DNA of 64,000 bases, from positions 1-64,000 of the forward strand of contig JASVEC010000017.1 in NCBI GenBank assembly GCA_030770535.1, read 5' to 3'. The stretch is from Batkoa obscura. Its lineage: Eukaryota. The notes beneath the pieces are model-generated. The model was given only the letters and a program-made list of their open reading frames with translations, was not told the origin of the DNA and did no database searches. Below, one piece after another: positions 1 through 11,632 of the stretch. A program made the translations under genes and the position numbers. Every line of letters begins with the position of its first letter. Positions within the stretch are counted from its first letter, which is position 1.

Positions 1-587
1 TTAACCCTAACCCTAACCCTAACCCTAACCCTAACCCTAACCCTAACCTAACCCCCTAACCCTAACCCTAACCCTAACCCTAACCCTAACCCTAACCCTA
101 ACCCTAACCCTAACCCTAACCCTAACCCTAACCCTAACCCTAACCCTAACCCTAACCCTAACCCTAACCCTAACCCTAACCCTAACCCTAACCCTAACCC
201 TAACCCTAACCCTAACCCTAACCCTAACCCTAACCCTAACCCTAACCCTAACCCTAACCCTAACCCTAACCCTAACCCTAACCCTAACCCTAACCCTAAC
301 CCTAACCCTAACCCTAACCCTAACCCTAACCCTAACCCTAACCCTAACCCTAACCCTAACCCTAACCCTAACCCTAACCCTAACCCTAACCCTAACCCTA
401 ACCCTAACCCTAACCCTAACCCTAACCCTAACCCTAACCCTAACCCTAACCCTAACCCTAACCCTAACCCTAACCCTAACCCTAACCCTAACCCTAACCC
501 TAACCCTAACCCTAACCCTAACCCTAACCCTAACCCTAACCCTAACCCTAACCCTAACCCTAACCCTAACCCTAACCCTAACCCTAA
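1..587 (-). repeat. Telomeric repeat (TTAGGG)n, chromosome end
   Basis: About 97 tandem CCCTAA units from base 1; a few variant units near 45-58. Confidence 0.99.
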
Positions 588-597
588 AAATATCCCT

Positions 598-1065
598 TGT
601 GAAATATTGGTTTATCAGCTCTCGGATTGATTATAACACAACAATCACTTAAGTTGCTGTGTTCTCAAGTTCAAACACAATCAAGTCAGTGTAGTATCCC
701 TTATTTTGGTTTGCTGTGAGAATTTCTAACTTCATATTGCAAAGAGCATTATCCTCTCGTTTTGATATCCATACTTGTTGGAGTATAAAAGAGATTCTTC
801 AACATGATAACTCAAGGCTTTTTAATTGGATTACTCCCTGATAACGTATCGTTAATAAAGTCACTAAGTCTTTCTGACAACATCTTATATAGATTTTACG
901 ATAGTATCTTCCATTGTATTTGTTTACATAATTCGTAACTTATTACGTACTATTTCTATTAAGTTAAGTCTATCTTAGTTACATAAACTAAGACCCTTCG
1001 ACTCAAGGCAAGTTAATTAAGCAAGAGTAGCTTTTAACTTCGACCACTGAGTACCAACTTTCACA
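598..1065 (-). mobile_element. Solo LTR, copy 1 (468 bp)
   Basis: TGTGAAA...TTTCACA termini (TG..CA with short inverted repeat); reverse complement of 1726-2194; homologous to 46948-47497. Strand is relative to copy 2 only. Confidence 0.8.
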
Positions 1066-1120
1066 TTGTAAAATTATAAAATTATAAAATTATAAAATAT
1101 TTTTAATTAATTAACAGCAT

Positions 1121-1220
1121 GAGGATGTGTTTTTTTGTTTAATAATTTTACTAACAATCTTTCCACTCAAATAATGCTTAAAAAAATGGAAAAAATGACA
1201 AAACCAAAAAAAGCACTCCC
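1121..1220. mobile_element. ~98 bp MITE family A
   Basis: GAGGATGT...CACTCCC termini; conserved core (TTACTAACAATCTTTCC.CTCAAATA). Confidence 0.8.
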
Positions 1221-1259
1221 ATATTTTATTTAAGTTTTAAAACTTTCATATAATTATAT

Positions 1260-1336
1260 GGGGTATTTTTTTATTTCTAAATGCTATTTAAGCAGAAAAA
1301 TTGTTAATAAAATCTTAAACAAAAAAATACGTACCT
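1260..1336. mobile_element. MITE family A, internally deleted
   Basis: Core match; ATAT on both flanks. Confidence 0.65.
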
Positions 1337-1402
1337 ATATTTACGTTTATTATTTAAAAATAATTAATTATATTAATTCAAAACTTTATAAGCAATTATA
1401 TA

Positions 1403-1500
1403 TATACATGTTTTTTTGGTTTTATCACTTTTTCCGTTTCTTAAATGCTATTTAAGTAGAAAATTGTTAGTAAAATCTTTAAACAAGAAAATGCGTTCTT
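1403..1500. mobile_element. MITE family A, degenerate
   Basis: Core match; decayed termini, boundaries approximate. Confidence 0.65.
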
Positions 1501-1725
1501 ATATATTTAATTTTATAGATTTTTTGACTTTTTTTATATAACTCAGTTATAGTTTTTTTAATAACTTGATTTTAGATTTTAAACATTTTTATATAAAACT
1601 AAATAAAATAGTAATAAAAGTATTTAATAAAAAATCTATATTAATAAAAAATAACTATTATTATGTTTATTGTATACAGCTATTTAATTAAAATATAATT
1701 TTTTTAAAATCATAAAATGATATGG

Positions 1726-2194
1726 TGTGAAAGTTGGTACTCAGTAGTAGGAGTTAAAAGCAGTTCTTGATTGATTAACTTGCCTTGAGTCGAACCGTCT
1801 TAGTTTATATAACTAAGGTGGGCTTAAATTAATAAGAATAATACGTAATAAGTTACGAATTATATAAAACAAATAGAATAGAAGATACTACTGTAAAATC
1901 TATGTAAGATATTGTCAGAAAGACTTAGTAGCTTTATTAATGGTACGATATCAGGGAGTAATTCAATTAAAAAGCTTCGAGTTGGTATGTTGAAGAATCT
2001 CTTTTATACTCCAACAAGTATGGATATCAAAACGAGAGGATAATGCTCTTTGCAATATGAAGTTAGAAATTCTCACAGCAAACCAAAATAAGGGATACTA
2101 CACTGACTTGATTGTGTTTGAACTTGAGAACACAGCAACTTAAGTGATTGTTGTGTTATAATCAATCCGAGAGCTGATAAACCAATATTTCACA
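1726..2194 (+). mobile_element. Solo LTR, copy 2 (469 bp)
   Basis: TGTGAAAG...TTTCACA; inverted relative to copy 1. Confidence 0.8.
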
Positions 2195-2322
2195 TACAAG
2201 TATTATCATTATTATAAACTATTTTAAAAAAAAGTTTTATTAAAAAGTTTTTATTTAAAATTACATGTATATAGAAGCAAAAGTTGAAATATTTTTTATT
2301 ATTTTTAAAATATTTTTTATAT

Positions 2323-2420
2323 GAGGGTGTTTTTCTGGTTTCATTATTTTTTCCATCTTTTAAGCGCTATTTCAGCGGAAAGATTGTTAGTAAAATTCTT
2401 AAACACAAAAAAACACCCCC
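2323..2420. mobile_element. MITE family A
   Basis: GAGGGTGT...ACACCCCC with ATAT TSD (2319-2322, 2421-2424). Confidence 0.9.
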
Positions 2421-2564
2421 ATATTTAGAATTTTTTAGTTTATTTTTATAACAGTTTTAAATATTAAGCAGCTTGTAAAAGGAAATTAAGTAATTTATAT
2501 AATTAAGCAGTTTTAAATGATAATAAATTTAATTTTTTTATATAAACCTGATATATGAATATAT

Positions 2565-2654
2565 GGTGATGTATTTCTTTGTTTAAGAATTTTACTAATA
2601 GTCTTTCCACTCAAATAGCGCTTAAAAAATGGAAAGAGTAAAAAAAACACTCCT
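2565..2654. mobile_element. MITE family A
   Basis: Core match; flanks ATAT/ATTT. Confidence 0.8.
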
Positions 2655-3175
2655 ATTTATTAGTTTTGTTTTAAAATAAAATTATTTAAAAGGTAAATAT
2701 TTAATAAAAAGCTTTAAGATTTTTAGTTTAAAAAAATTATTAAAAATAATCAAAAACATAAAATTGAAAAATTATTATCATTATTTGGTGAAATAAATTT
2801 TTTTTTATTGATTATATTAATTTTTGTTAATTATATGATTTTTTTAGCTTTTTCTCATAATATTAATAGACAAAGCCTTTTTATATAATTATTGGATAAC
2901 TTAATATTTAAATGTTTACAAATAAGGTCATTTGGGCTAATAAAGACAAAAAAAGATATCTAAGCCTTTTTAGATGGGATAGCAAAAAAAGCGCACAATT
3001 CTATCACGAACACACCCTTAGAATATGCTGTTATATATGGTATTACAAAGCATTCTTACATCGCATTGGTATACCATAAAACTTAAGATAGATTCTATAT
3101 AGAAGGAAAATATATTATTATGTATATTTTGTTTTCTTGTTTAGTTTCCAAATATCAATATAAAGTTAAACATAT

Positions 3176-3273
3176 AGGGATGTTTTTTTGATTTCATTAC
3201 TTTTTCCATTTTTCAAGCGCTATTTGAGTGGAAAAACTGTTAGTAAAATCCTTAAACACAAAAAAGCATCCCC
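3176..3273. mobile_element. MITE family A
   Basis: Core match; flanks ATAT/ACAT. Confidence 0.85.
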
Positions 3274-3281
3274 ACATTTTA

Positions 3282-3660
3282 TCTATGGGGAATAATTTGG
3301 ACTTTGTCCTCATACACTGGTCTCGATTCAAACAGTTTCCTGCAGCCCCTTATAAAATACGGGTGCTTTTTCATCAAACTAGACATGACCCTTTTCGGTG
3401 TTACTGCATTACTAGCTGATACATCATAGGTAACTAGCAAGGCTTATGGAATCAACTTTATTATAATAGTGATCATATATTCATAGCAGTAAGCTACAAT
3501 CGAGCCATTGTTAAAATTCCTTTGATTTTGAGAACTATCATGGTTTGTCTACCTCAGCAGAGAGCTTCTTTTAAATATAGCTTCGATAATGTAGATTACA
3601 CTGGTCTTAAATTCATCTTAGAGTTAAACGGAATTCTTATTTTTAAAAACTTGAGAATAT
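3282..3660 (-). pseudogene. Decayed coding fragment of unknown family
   Basis: GC content above background; one minus-strand frame reads ...RNFNNGSIVAYCYEY...ALLVTYDVSASNAVTPKRVMSSLMKKHPYF... interrupted by a few TAA/TAG stops. Confidence 0.4.
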
Positions 3661-3889
3661 TGAAAGAAAAAATTTGTTATACTGATTTCATACAGTACTA
3701 TTTAAAAAGAAAAAGATTATTTAATACAATGTCTTTTTTATTTGTATTATATAAACAACAATAAATCTTTTTTAATTATCAAAAACGAAAACCAGCTTAG
3801 GTAAACTGGGGTTCTTTGAAGGTGTTGAATTGAAAGTTAATAAAGGCAGACAAATAATCATTTCTAATCTATAGAAACGTCAAACTTGT

Positions 3890-4390
3890 GGATTAAAGTA
3901 TCTATGCTGCTTTGGTTGTCAATTATATTTTTATACATCTCACATTTTGTCTGAGTTAGAAGATGAATTTGATGAGTTTATTATCAAATTTGTTGCTGTT
4001 GGTTTTAAAGGTATTGTTTTGGGCATTTTTCTTTTAGTAGCTATTAAGATCGGCAGATTTTAATAAATGATGAAAGGAGTGTTTATAAAGCTCTTGGTCT
4101 ACCAAAATTACCTGTATCTGCTGAAACAAAAGATTTAATGAATAGTATAATTTGTCCTGCTATTGCAAGTGCCCAAAAAGTTAGTATTCTAGGGGATCTT
4201 ATAGGATAGAGCTTACAATTAGGGGATGCTTTTGCTGTAGTTAAAGAGACTGGAAACTTGCTTTAAGTGTTTAGACAACTTGGTGCGGGTATATGTACCT
4301 CATTAAAAGATTTTATATAACTTGTAGTAGTGACCCTGATGATGTTGAAGAGAAAGCGCTCGGAAAATGTATTGCACATCTAAAAAGGTG
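3890..4390 (+). pseudogene. Peroxiredoxin-like 2 (AhpC/TSA-2, PRXL2/FAM213-like) pseudogene
   Basis: Manual translation: LCCFGCQLY..LSELEDEFDE..KFVAVGF / frameshift / ILINDERSVYKALG...GDLIG*SLQLGDAFAVVKETGNLL*VFRQLG. Matches the RRFGCxxC...YxxLG...QxGGxFVV pattern, with stops and a frameshift. Confidence 0.7.
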
Positions 4391-4941
4391 TACTTAAAAA
4401 AACTCACTTGTTTTAAAATTGATTTTGCTACATTTCAAATCTTCAGAAAAATAGGATTTTGCTTGAATTAAACCTGGTATCGGTAAAGGTCAGGAAACCC
4501 TCCAATCATGGACTGAGCATATGCCTCTAACCGATTCCTTTTTTGTCAATAAAACGCTTAGGGGCTGCCCTTTCAAGGATATAAAAAAGTGTCAATAAAG
4601 ATATTATGTGTTAAATTGTAAAAAAAAGTAAACTTGGTTGCTGTTCATTATTAATACTGATAACTGTTGTCAATATTAATAATTATTATTACTAATGATT
4701 AAATACTATTAATTCATGACTACAACTATAAAACTTAAAATGTTTCGAAATTTAAATTAAATTAAATTAAATTAAATTTATTAACAAGTTCCTTTCTCTT
4801 GGATTAAGTTTGGACTAATATTAGATTAATTGATTAGTTAGTAAAAGAAGGTGGATGGTACAATAATTAGATCCAAAATATTTAAATTATATAATCGTTG
4901 TATAGCCATTAAAGCAATCCTTCCAAAAGTAGATATCGTTT

Positions 4942-7118
4942 TCATTCATTAATACTTAACTTCAGTCTTTTTAAGTACTTTGCCAACATGACACTCATAT
5001 CTCTAAGCACAAATGAACATATGATGTTAGATAAAAACCCATTAACTCGATTTAACCGTGCTACAATTTGTATATTTGAACTTTGAATGGGCGGGAGTGC
5101 CACAAAATGTTGATACCACTTTTCTATTTAAATTTAATTATAAATAAAAGTCAGACGAATATTAATTACCTAAGAACTGGGATGCTTTAAAAAGTTTAAC
5201 TAGAGACTCTATGTAAAGTGAGGAGGAATCGGTTTTAATTTTGAGATATGACATTTGTATTTTTTCTACCGATTTTGTAATTTTATTTCCCAAAGAGGCA
5301 AAAGCATTGCTTTGAATTCGTTTCAATGGCTCGATAAAAGTTAGTTTTTTAGCTAAGTTGTTTTGGACAGTGTTTAAAACAGAATCAAGTCCTTCAAGTT
5401 CCTATAAATTATAAATCAAAAATAAAATATTATAAGCAATAAATATATTACTTTAAGAATTTGATTTGTATCCTTTATATCTATCCCTTTGAAGCGTGCT
5501 AAATATTCTGATATTACTTCGCACGAATGAATCTTAACTTCTAAAGATTGTAAACGAACTCCATTTTGATGCCTAAATAATGATTAGGTTTTATAGCAAT
5601 TTAAGCATTTATCAATTACCAAACGCTTCTTGGAATAAACAACTTTTTTGATAGATAACCACCTACTGTCATTGAACGCTCTAAAGATCGCATTAACCAA
5701 AAAACTCGAAATTCATTAGAAATTGGTGGGGTTTCAAAAACACAATTCTATAGAACAATTAATATACAAAAATAAGAAAGCAAAATAAGTATTACTTCTG
5801 AAGGTTCTTCGCGAAACACTCTTTGAATTGTAATGAGGTTATACTGGCGTGATTTATGAGAAGATAAGGCTTGTGAACTTACTGCCATATCAACTACCTT
5901 AGAAGAAGCTAAAAGGAAGGAGCTTGGCCTAGTGTTAATATTGAGATTTACACCTTTAGAGCTAAAAGAAGCTACAGAGCCACCATCATGTCTTTTCAAA
6001 ACAGAACTAGATGATATACTATTAGAATCACTTAATGAATTTTGAGGAAAAACGTTTTGATTGAAATTATCATGGTGGATCGTTCCATTTAAGCTGAGAT
6101 CCCAAGAGCGATGAGCAGGGTTATAATTCAACCCTTTCTCATAAATAACACTTAGACTATGTCTAGATGACTGCGTATCTGGAGAACTATAACTAACACT
6201 ACCACTATGACTATGATTGGTGCTCGAAATAGGAGTATTGGTTGAAGTTGGAGGCATTGACCTACGTCTATCAGTTTTTAAATGCTTCTCATTTCTATTT
6301 AAATCGGATTCAGGAGAAAGGGGTGAAAAATATTTGTAACCACTAAAAACAGGCATCGAAAATCGTGAATTTTGTAAGGGTATAACTGGATAATTAAAAT
6401 TGACTTTTTTAGGTGGTATCATATTTTCCAGAGTAGTATCTACATGGGTATCGTCTGAGAATGAATTATTATTTATATCGACATTAGAAGATGAAGTAGT
6501 TGTTGGGTATTTGTTTAATTCGTATGGCTGAATGTTATTATTGCTTTCAGTTTCTTTAATTTTAGTTCCTAAATTTTCAGGTGAGCTTGGAAAGTTACTA
6601 TTTAATATTGAATCCTCATAGGCTGGGTTACTTTTCATTAAAGAAATTTCTTGAGGACAATCATTTGAAAGCATTAGCGGATCATCTTTTGGACTTACAA
6701 GGTTTGAAAGTAGGGCTACCCTTTCAACATATGAAGTTTGCTATATAAAAAGGGTTAGATTGAATACTTTAAACATTATAATACTTACAATATTAATAAG
6801 CCTTGAGTTCGATCGGAATGTTGGAGATGAGTCTAGTACATTAGTAATTAAATTTAGGGCCTCTTGATAACAGTTTAAAGCTTTTGAAAAGTCGTTTACA
6901 TGATCAAACTCAACAGCATGTTGCGCTTTTTTTAAAGCTGTTTGTAACATGACTTTACAAGAAGGAGCGTTGTTAGATCCTGTTGAACTTAATTCTGAGT
7001 TTAAACTACTGTTATGAGTATGGCCACGGTTTGAAATTTTGTCAGAAGTATTATTTTTTCCTCTTTCGTTTGATAATCCTGACGGAGCAGGGGAAGGTAA
7101 AATTGCCATGCTCACCAT
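4942..7118 (-). CDS. MIT-domain protein (multi-exon; N-terminal MIT domain, Ser-rich linker, conserved helical C-terminus)
   Basis: LQTALKKAQHAVEFDHVNDFSKALNCYQEAL is MIT-like; GT-AG introns at 6741-6788, 5748-5795, 5573-5619 and further 3'; stop TGA at 4942-4944. Confidence 0.75.
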
Positions 7119-8959
7119 GGAATGAGATTTAAAAGGATAAGTTTTTGTAAAAGCTATCTCTTACAAAAGAAAGTAATATAGTTATTGAATAAAAGGAGTT
7201 AGGGAAGAGGATTAATTTAAGGAGATTGAAAAAAATCTTGATTTGTAGAACAGTCACCAGCCCAAAATTAGTTGCAAATTTAAATTTAAAACCAGTTTAA
7301 AATTGGAGAAAATTACTAGAAAATAGGAATTTGGAGAAAATAGAGTTTATAAGCCAAAGTTGATAAAAAAAAACAACAAGTAAACTTCAATTATAATCTA
7401 TTTAATTAGTAAAATATAGTTAAACTAAAGTTAATAACTAGATTATATGAGTTGTTTTAACTGAAAGATATTGGTCTTAATAACAAGATTATCCAAATAA
7501 GGTGTTTACAGAATGATTATTTAGCGGTTATAATTTATTACTTTTACCTTAAAATAGAGTCAAATTTTAAAAAATAGTTGACAAATAAATTAAAAGGGAT
7601 AACTATGTTTATTTAAAATTATGTACTTAACTATACACTTCAAATTGACTTCTAAAGGTAAGCTAATATTAATCGTACATTATTAAACTATTATACTTTG
7701 CCTATTAATTAACTATAAACTATAAACTATAACACATAAAACTCAATGAGAAGAACAATTTATGAATATTATTGGATAATTTGAATGTTGTTGCTATTTC
7801 AAAGTTTTAAGCCATCCGTTTAAGCTATTTATGTGCCCCTTAACCCCACCTTGACAAATGCTTTAATTAATTGTATACTTTTAATCTGTTTATATTGGCC
7901 GAAACTTTAAGTGCCATAAAAATGTCTTAACTCATTGGTTAAAAACATTGAGCTCACAGCTGAAGTATTTGAATGTAGTAAAGCAAAAACTTTAAATTTT
8001 ATAGTAATTATTATTTTTACGCATAGTAAGAAGCATTCTGTTGTTCTGTTATTTTATTATAAAAATAATTTCATCCTTAGTTACATTAGAAGTTCATGAG
8101 TAATAGATAAATCTTAGAAATTTATTAAAAAAGAGGCTGTTATGATTAATCTACTAGATCACATGAAAAGTTAACTACTTAAATATACTTTATTAATTGC
8201 ACATATTAATTATTTTCCACCTTAAATTTATATTTTGAGAAACTATGGCCTAGAATATTTAAAGATTGTAGTTTAAATTAAAGAATTTGTTTTATTAAAA
8301 AAATTATTTATAAAATGTTTTAAGTATTTAATACCATACTATTGTGTAAAAAGTATTTTCATAATAATATCTTACCACAACGATTATTTATAAAATGATG
8401 AAAGTATATTAAAAGATAAGGTTAAGCTCAATTAATTTAAAATTAAGAAAGTTTTAAAACATTTGAGCAAATGTGGTTCCAAAACTCCAAATTAAACTTA
8501 ATTTGTGTTATAAAATTTTAAAGTCACTTATTAGAAATTAATAAAAAAACAAGTAAAAATATAGTAAAAATATAAGCTTATTACAAATTGAGACTTGCTT
8601 TCTTATCTGTAATCAGGGCAGTAATATGATCTCGATTAAACTTTTGCTTAGTTATATTTACCAACTATAAGTGATCTACAATGCTAAGGAATTTTAATTT
8701 AGATTTTTAGTCAAAAAAAGCTTCATAGTCTTTAAATACTTTTAAATTTTTACCTTAAAAGTACTGATGGTTATCTTAAACACAGCTTCAAACTAACCTT
8801 TAGAATTTGCATATTTGAAAATTACGTTACTTTTTTGCTTTTAAATTTAGCCTAGGGTAAAGTTAACTCCAGAAATTCAAGTACTATTTATTCTTTGACT
8901 GATTATTAACGAACCTTGGTAAAAAAAACTCAAGGTTTAGTTTCACAATTAACAGCAAG

Positions 8960-11299
8960 ATGACCACATTAAATGGGAAAGGATATAGTAACTTACTTGA
9001 TAGTTTAATGATAGAAAAAAGGGATAATAACAACAAAAAGACTGACATGTGGTGTGATATAAAGAATAATAGAATGCTTCCTCCAGTTAAAGAGCGTCAA
9101 CCAGTTATTGAATCAATAAACAGAGAAATAAATGTCGAAAGGTCAAGCTTAAGCCCTAGCATAAGTTCACGTGCTCCTGAACAAATAAACCTGGATGTGC
9201 TAAAGAAAGAGCTAAGTGAGTGGGACTTATTACCCTTAAGGAAGGAAGAAGAAGAAAAGGAACAAATCAATGACTATAAAGTCTATAAATTATTAGGCAA
9301 AGGTGGTTTCGCAAAGGTATATTATGGAATAAATAGAAAAGAGGGCAAAAAATTGGCTATAAAAGTGTTGAAGAAAAAGGAAGTGAATAAAAATGATAGT
9401 GCTAAATTAAGAGTCAAAAAAGAGATTAAAATTCAAAAATTTTTAAAACATAAGAATATTTTGAAGATATTCACTTTTTTTGAAGATAAACAAAATATAT
9501 ATTTGACTTTAGAGCTATGCCCTTATGGAGATATGCTTCAATATTTGAAAAGCAAAAGACCAAATTTGATATTAGAAGAAGAAGTGCGAATGATATTAGA
9601 TCAAGTGGTAGATGCTTTAATTTATTTACATTCTTTTAATATTTTACACCGAGACTTGAAACTATCTAATTTGTTAATTTATGATCAAAGTAAAGAATAA
9701 GCATAAGCATAAGCATTTTAAAAAGTATTAAATGTTATTTTAGGTACTATCAAATTAAGTGATTTTGGTTTGGCTACTCAAATTCAAGAAGATATTGGAG
9801 AGCAGAAGACCTTGTGTGGAACTCTAAATTATATATCTCCAGAAATTATCCACCGTAAGCCTTACAATTTACAATCTGATCTATGGTCGCTTGGATGTTT
9901 GACTTATACTTTATTAACCGGAAAAGCACCATTTGAGGGTAGCAATATCAAAGAAACTATCAAGAAGGTAAGTAATGTGGAGTACAATTTACCAGAGGGA
10001 ATATCGTTAGAAGCTGTTCAATTGATCCAATCTTTGTTAAGATTTGAGCCTAAAAAACGAATTCAACTGAAAGATTTATTGGTACTACCCTTTTTCCATA
10101 AAAATAGATTGAGATTAAACCTAGATTTATTATACTTAAAAGATAATACCAAAGAAGAAAAGCAGTCCAATTTTATAGCTGATATAGAATTAAATAACCA
10201 TATTTACAATAAAGATAACAATATCAATATCAATAATAATAATGATATCATTAGTATTGGCAATCAAAAGCAAAAAAACTGCTTTACCGCTAATAATACA
10301 AATAATGGTAAAACAAAGTTATTATTATAAAGCATGATTTTAATTTTAATTTTAGATTTTTCAACTGAACTTATTGGGTATAAGTTTAATACACTTTATT
10401 TGCCTTCAAATGAAAAAAGGATGGATGGTTTTATAATTGAATTGCAAGAAGATGGGATGTTAAAATTAACAAACACTTTTGAAGAATATTTTATAATAAT
10501 ATCACCATCTGGAGACGTTATTAAAATAAAGAACCAACAATTCCATCAAAGTAAAGCTTATTCTTTGAAAGATTTGCCCAAAAAATATCACAACTATTAT
10601 AAATATGCAAGTAAATGGATAAATTTATTGAAAAGTAAAACGGTAAAATTTAGTTATAAAGAAGAAGAAAACATATTCCAATGGATGTTAAGTGATATGG
10701 ATTTTGAATTTGAATATTCGCACTCGATAAAGTTGAATCTAAATCAAAGGAAACAGCTGCTTACTATTACTTCGATTCAAAAACACAATCGCTTTAAAAA
10801 GTTAGAATTGAATCTAAGTCATGATACGCTGCATTTACCTAAGGAATTTCATGCTTGTTACAAGCTATTTCTAGAGTTTAATAAGAAAGCTAAGCTTTTG
10901 AATGAATATATCATCTCTCACATGGAGCATTATAAATACTCATTACCTTACAAATTCAACTCACAGCATTTATCAAAGTTAAAAAATAAAAATAATACAA
11001 GCAAAGATTCAGAAACAATAAATAATAAAATTGATACACAAATAAAGTCTTCTATTAGTCATGAAGAATCAAATGCTAAAATCAAATATTTAAAGAATGT
11101 TGGATGGTACATACAATTAGATCAATTTCATCAAAGGTTACTGTTTATGGATGGAGTTCAAATCTTGTTATTTGATTCTAGTATTGAATATTTTAAAGAA
11201 GATAAGCTAATTAAAAAGTTTGATAAAAAAGAATTTCTAGATAGCGAAATTCATTATCGTTTGAAATTATTTGCTGCCTTTATAAAAGATTTTTCTTAA
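8960..11299 (+). CDS. PLK4: Polo-like kinase 4 (SAK)-like Ser/Thr kinase, 3 exons
   Basis: GKGGFA, HRDLKLSN, DFG restored across intron 9689-9743, TLCGTLNYISPE. After intron ~10308-10356: cryptic polo box-like (YSLKDLPKKYHNYYKYASKWINLLKSKT) and PB3-like (YLKNVGW...FMDGVQI) segments. Confidence 0.8.
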
Positions 11300-11632
11300 C
11301 AAATCTACTTTCATTTCTATTTCTATCAATTTATCGTGGAAAGTGTTCTTCCTTTAAGCTTGCCTTTGAGTAAGAAATGTATTATATTAAATAATAAATT
11401 ATATAATGTTGTCTAAAAAACGTAGTTTATAATATTGATAGATTATAAAAAATTATACATAAGATTGTTGTTGACTATCTAAATATTTATTAGCTTTGCT
11501 TTAAATGCATCAACTAATGATAATAACATTAAATATTAAGGGGAAGTTAAACTGGTTTATTAGCAAAATAAAAGACAACCTTTTTCAATAGTTAATAAAA
11601 GCCTAAGCTACTCAGATTAACTAATACAATAT

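Noticed and set aside
45..58. Variant telomere units
   Set aside because: Isolated at the distal tip; indistinguishable from consensus error or slippage.
1121..3273. CRISPR-like array of repeated units
   Set aside because: Units are ~98 bp, irregularly spaced, in both orientations and have TSDs; eukaryotic context.
3890..4390. Selenoprotein (SelU/AhpC-like) with recoded stop
   Set aside because: The redox motif reads TGT CAA TTA TAT with no TGA; the stops are TAA/TAG and there is a frameshift.
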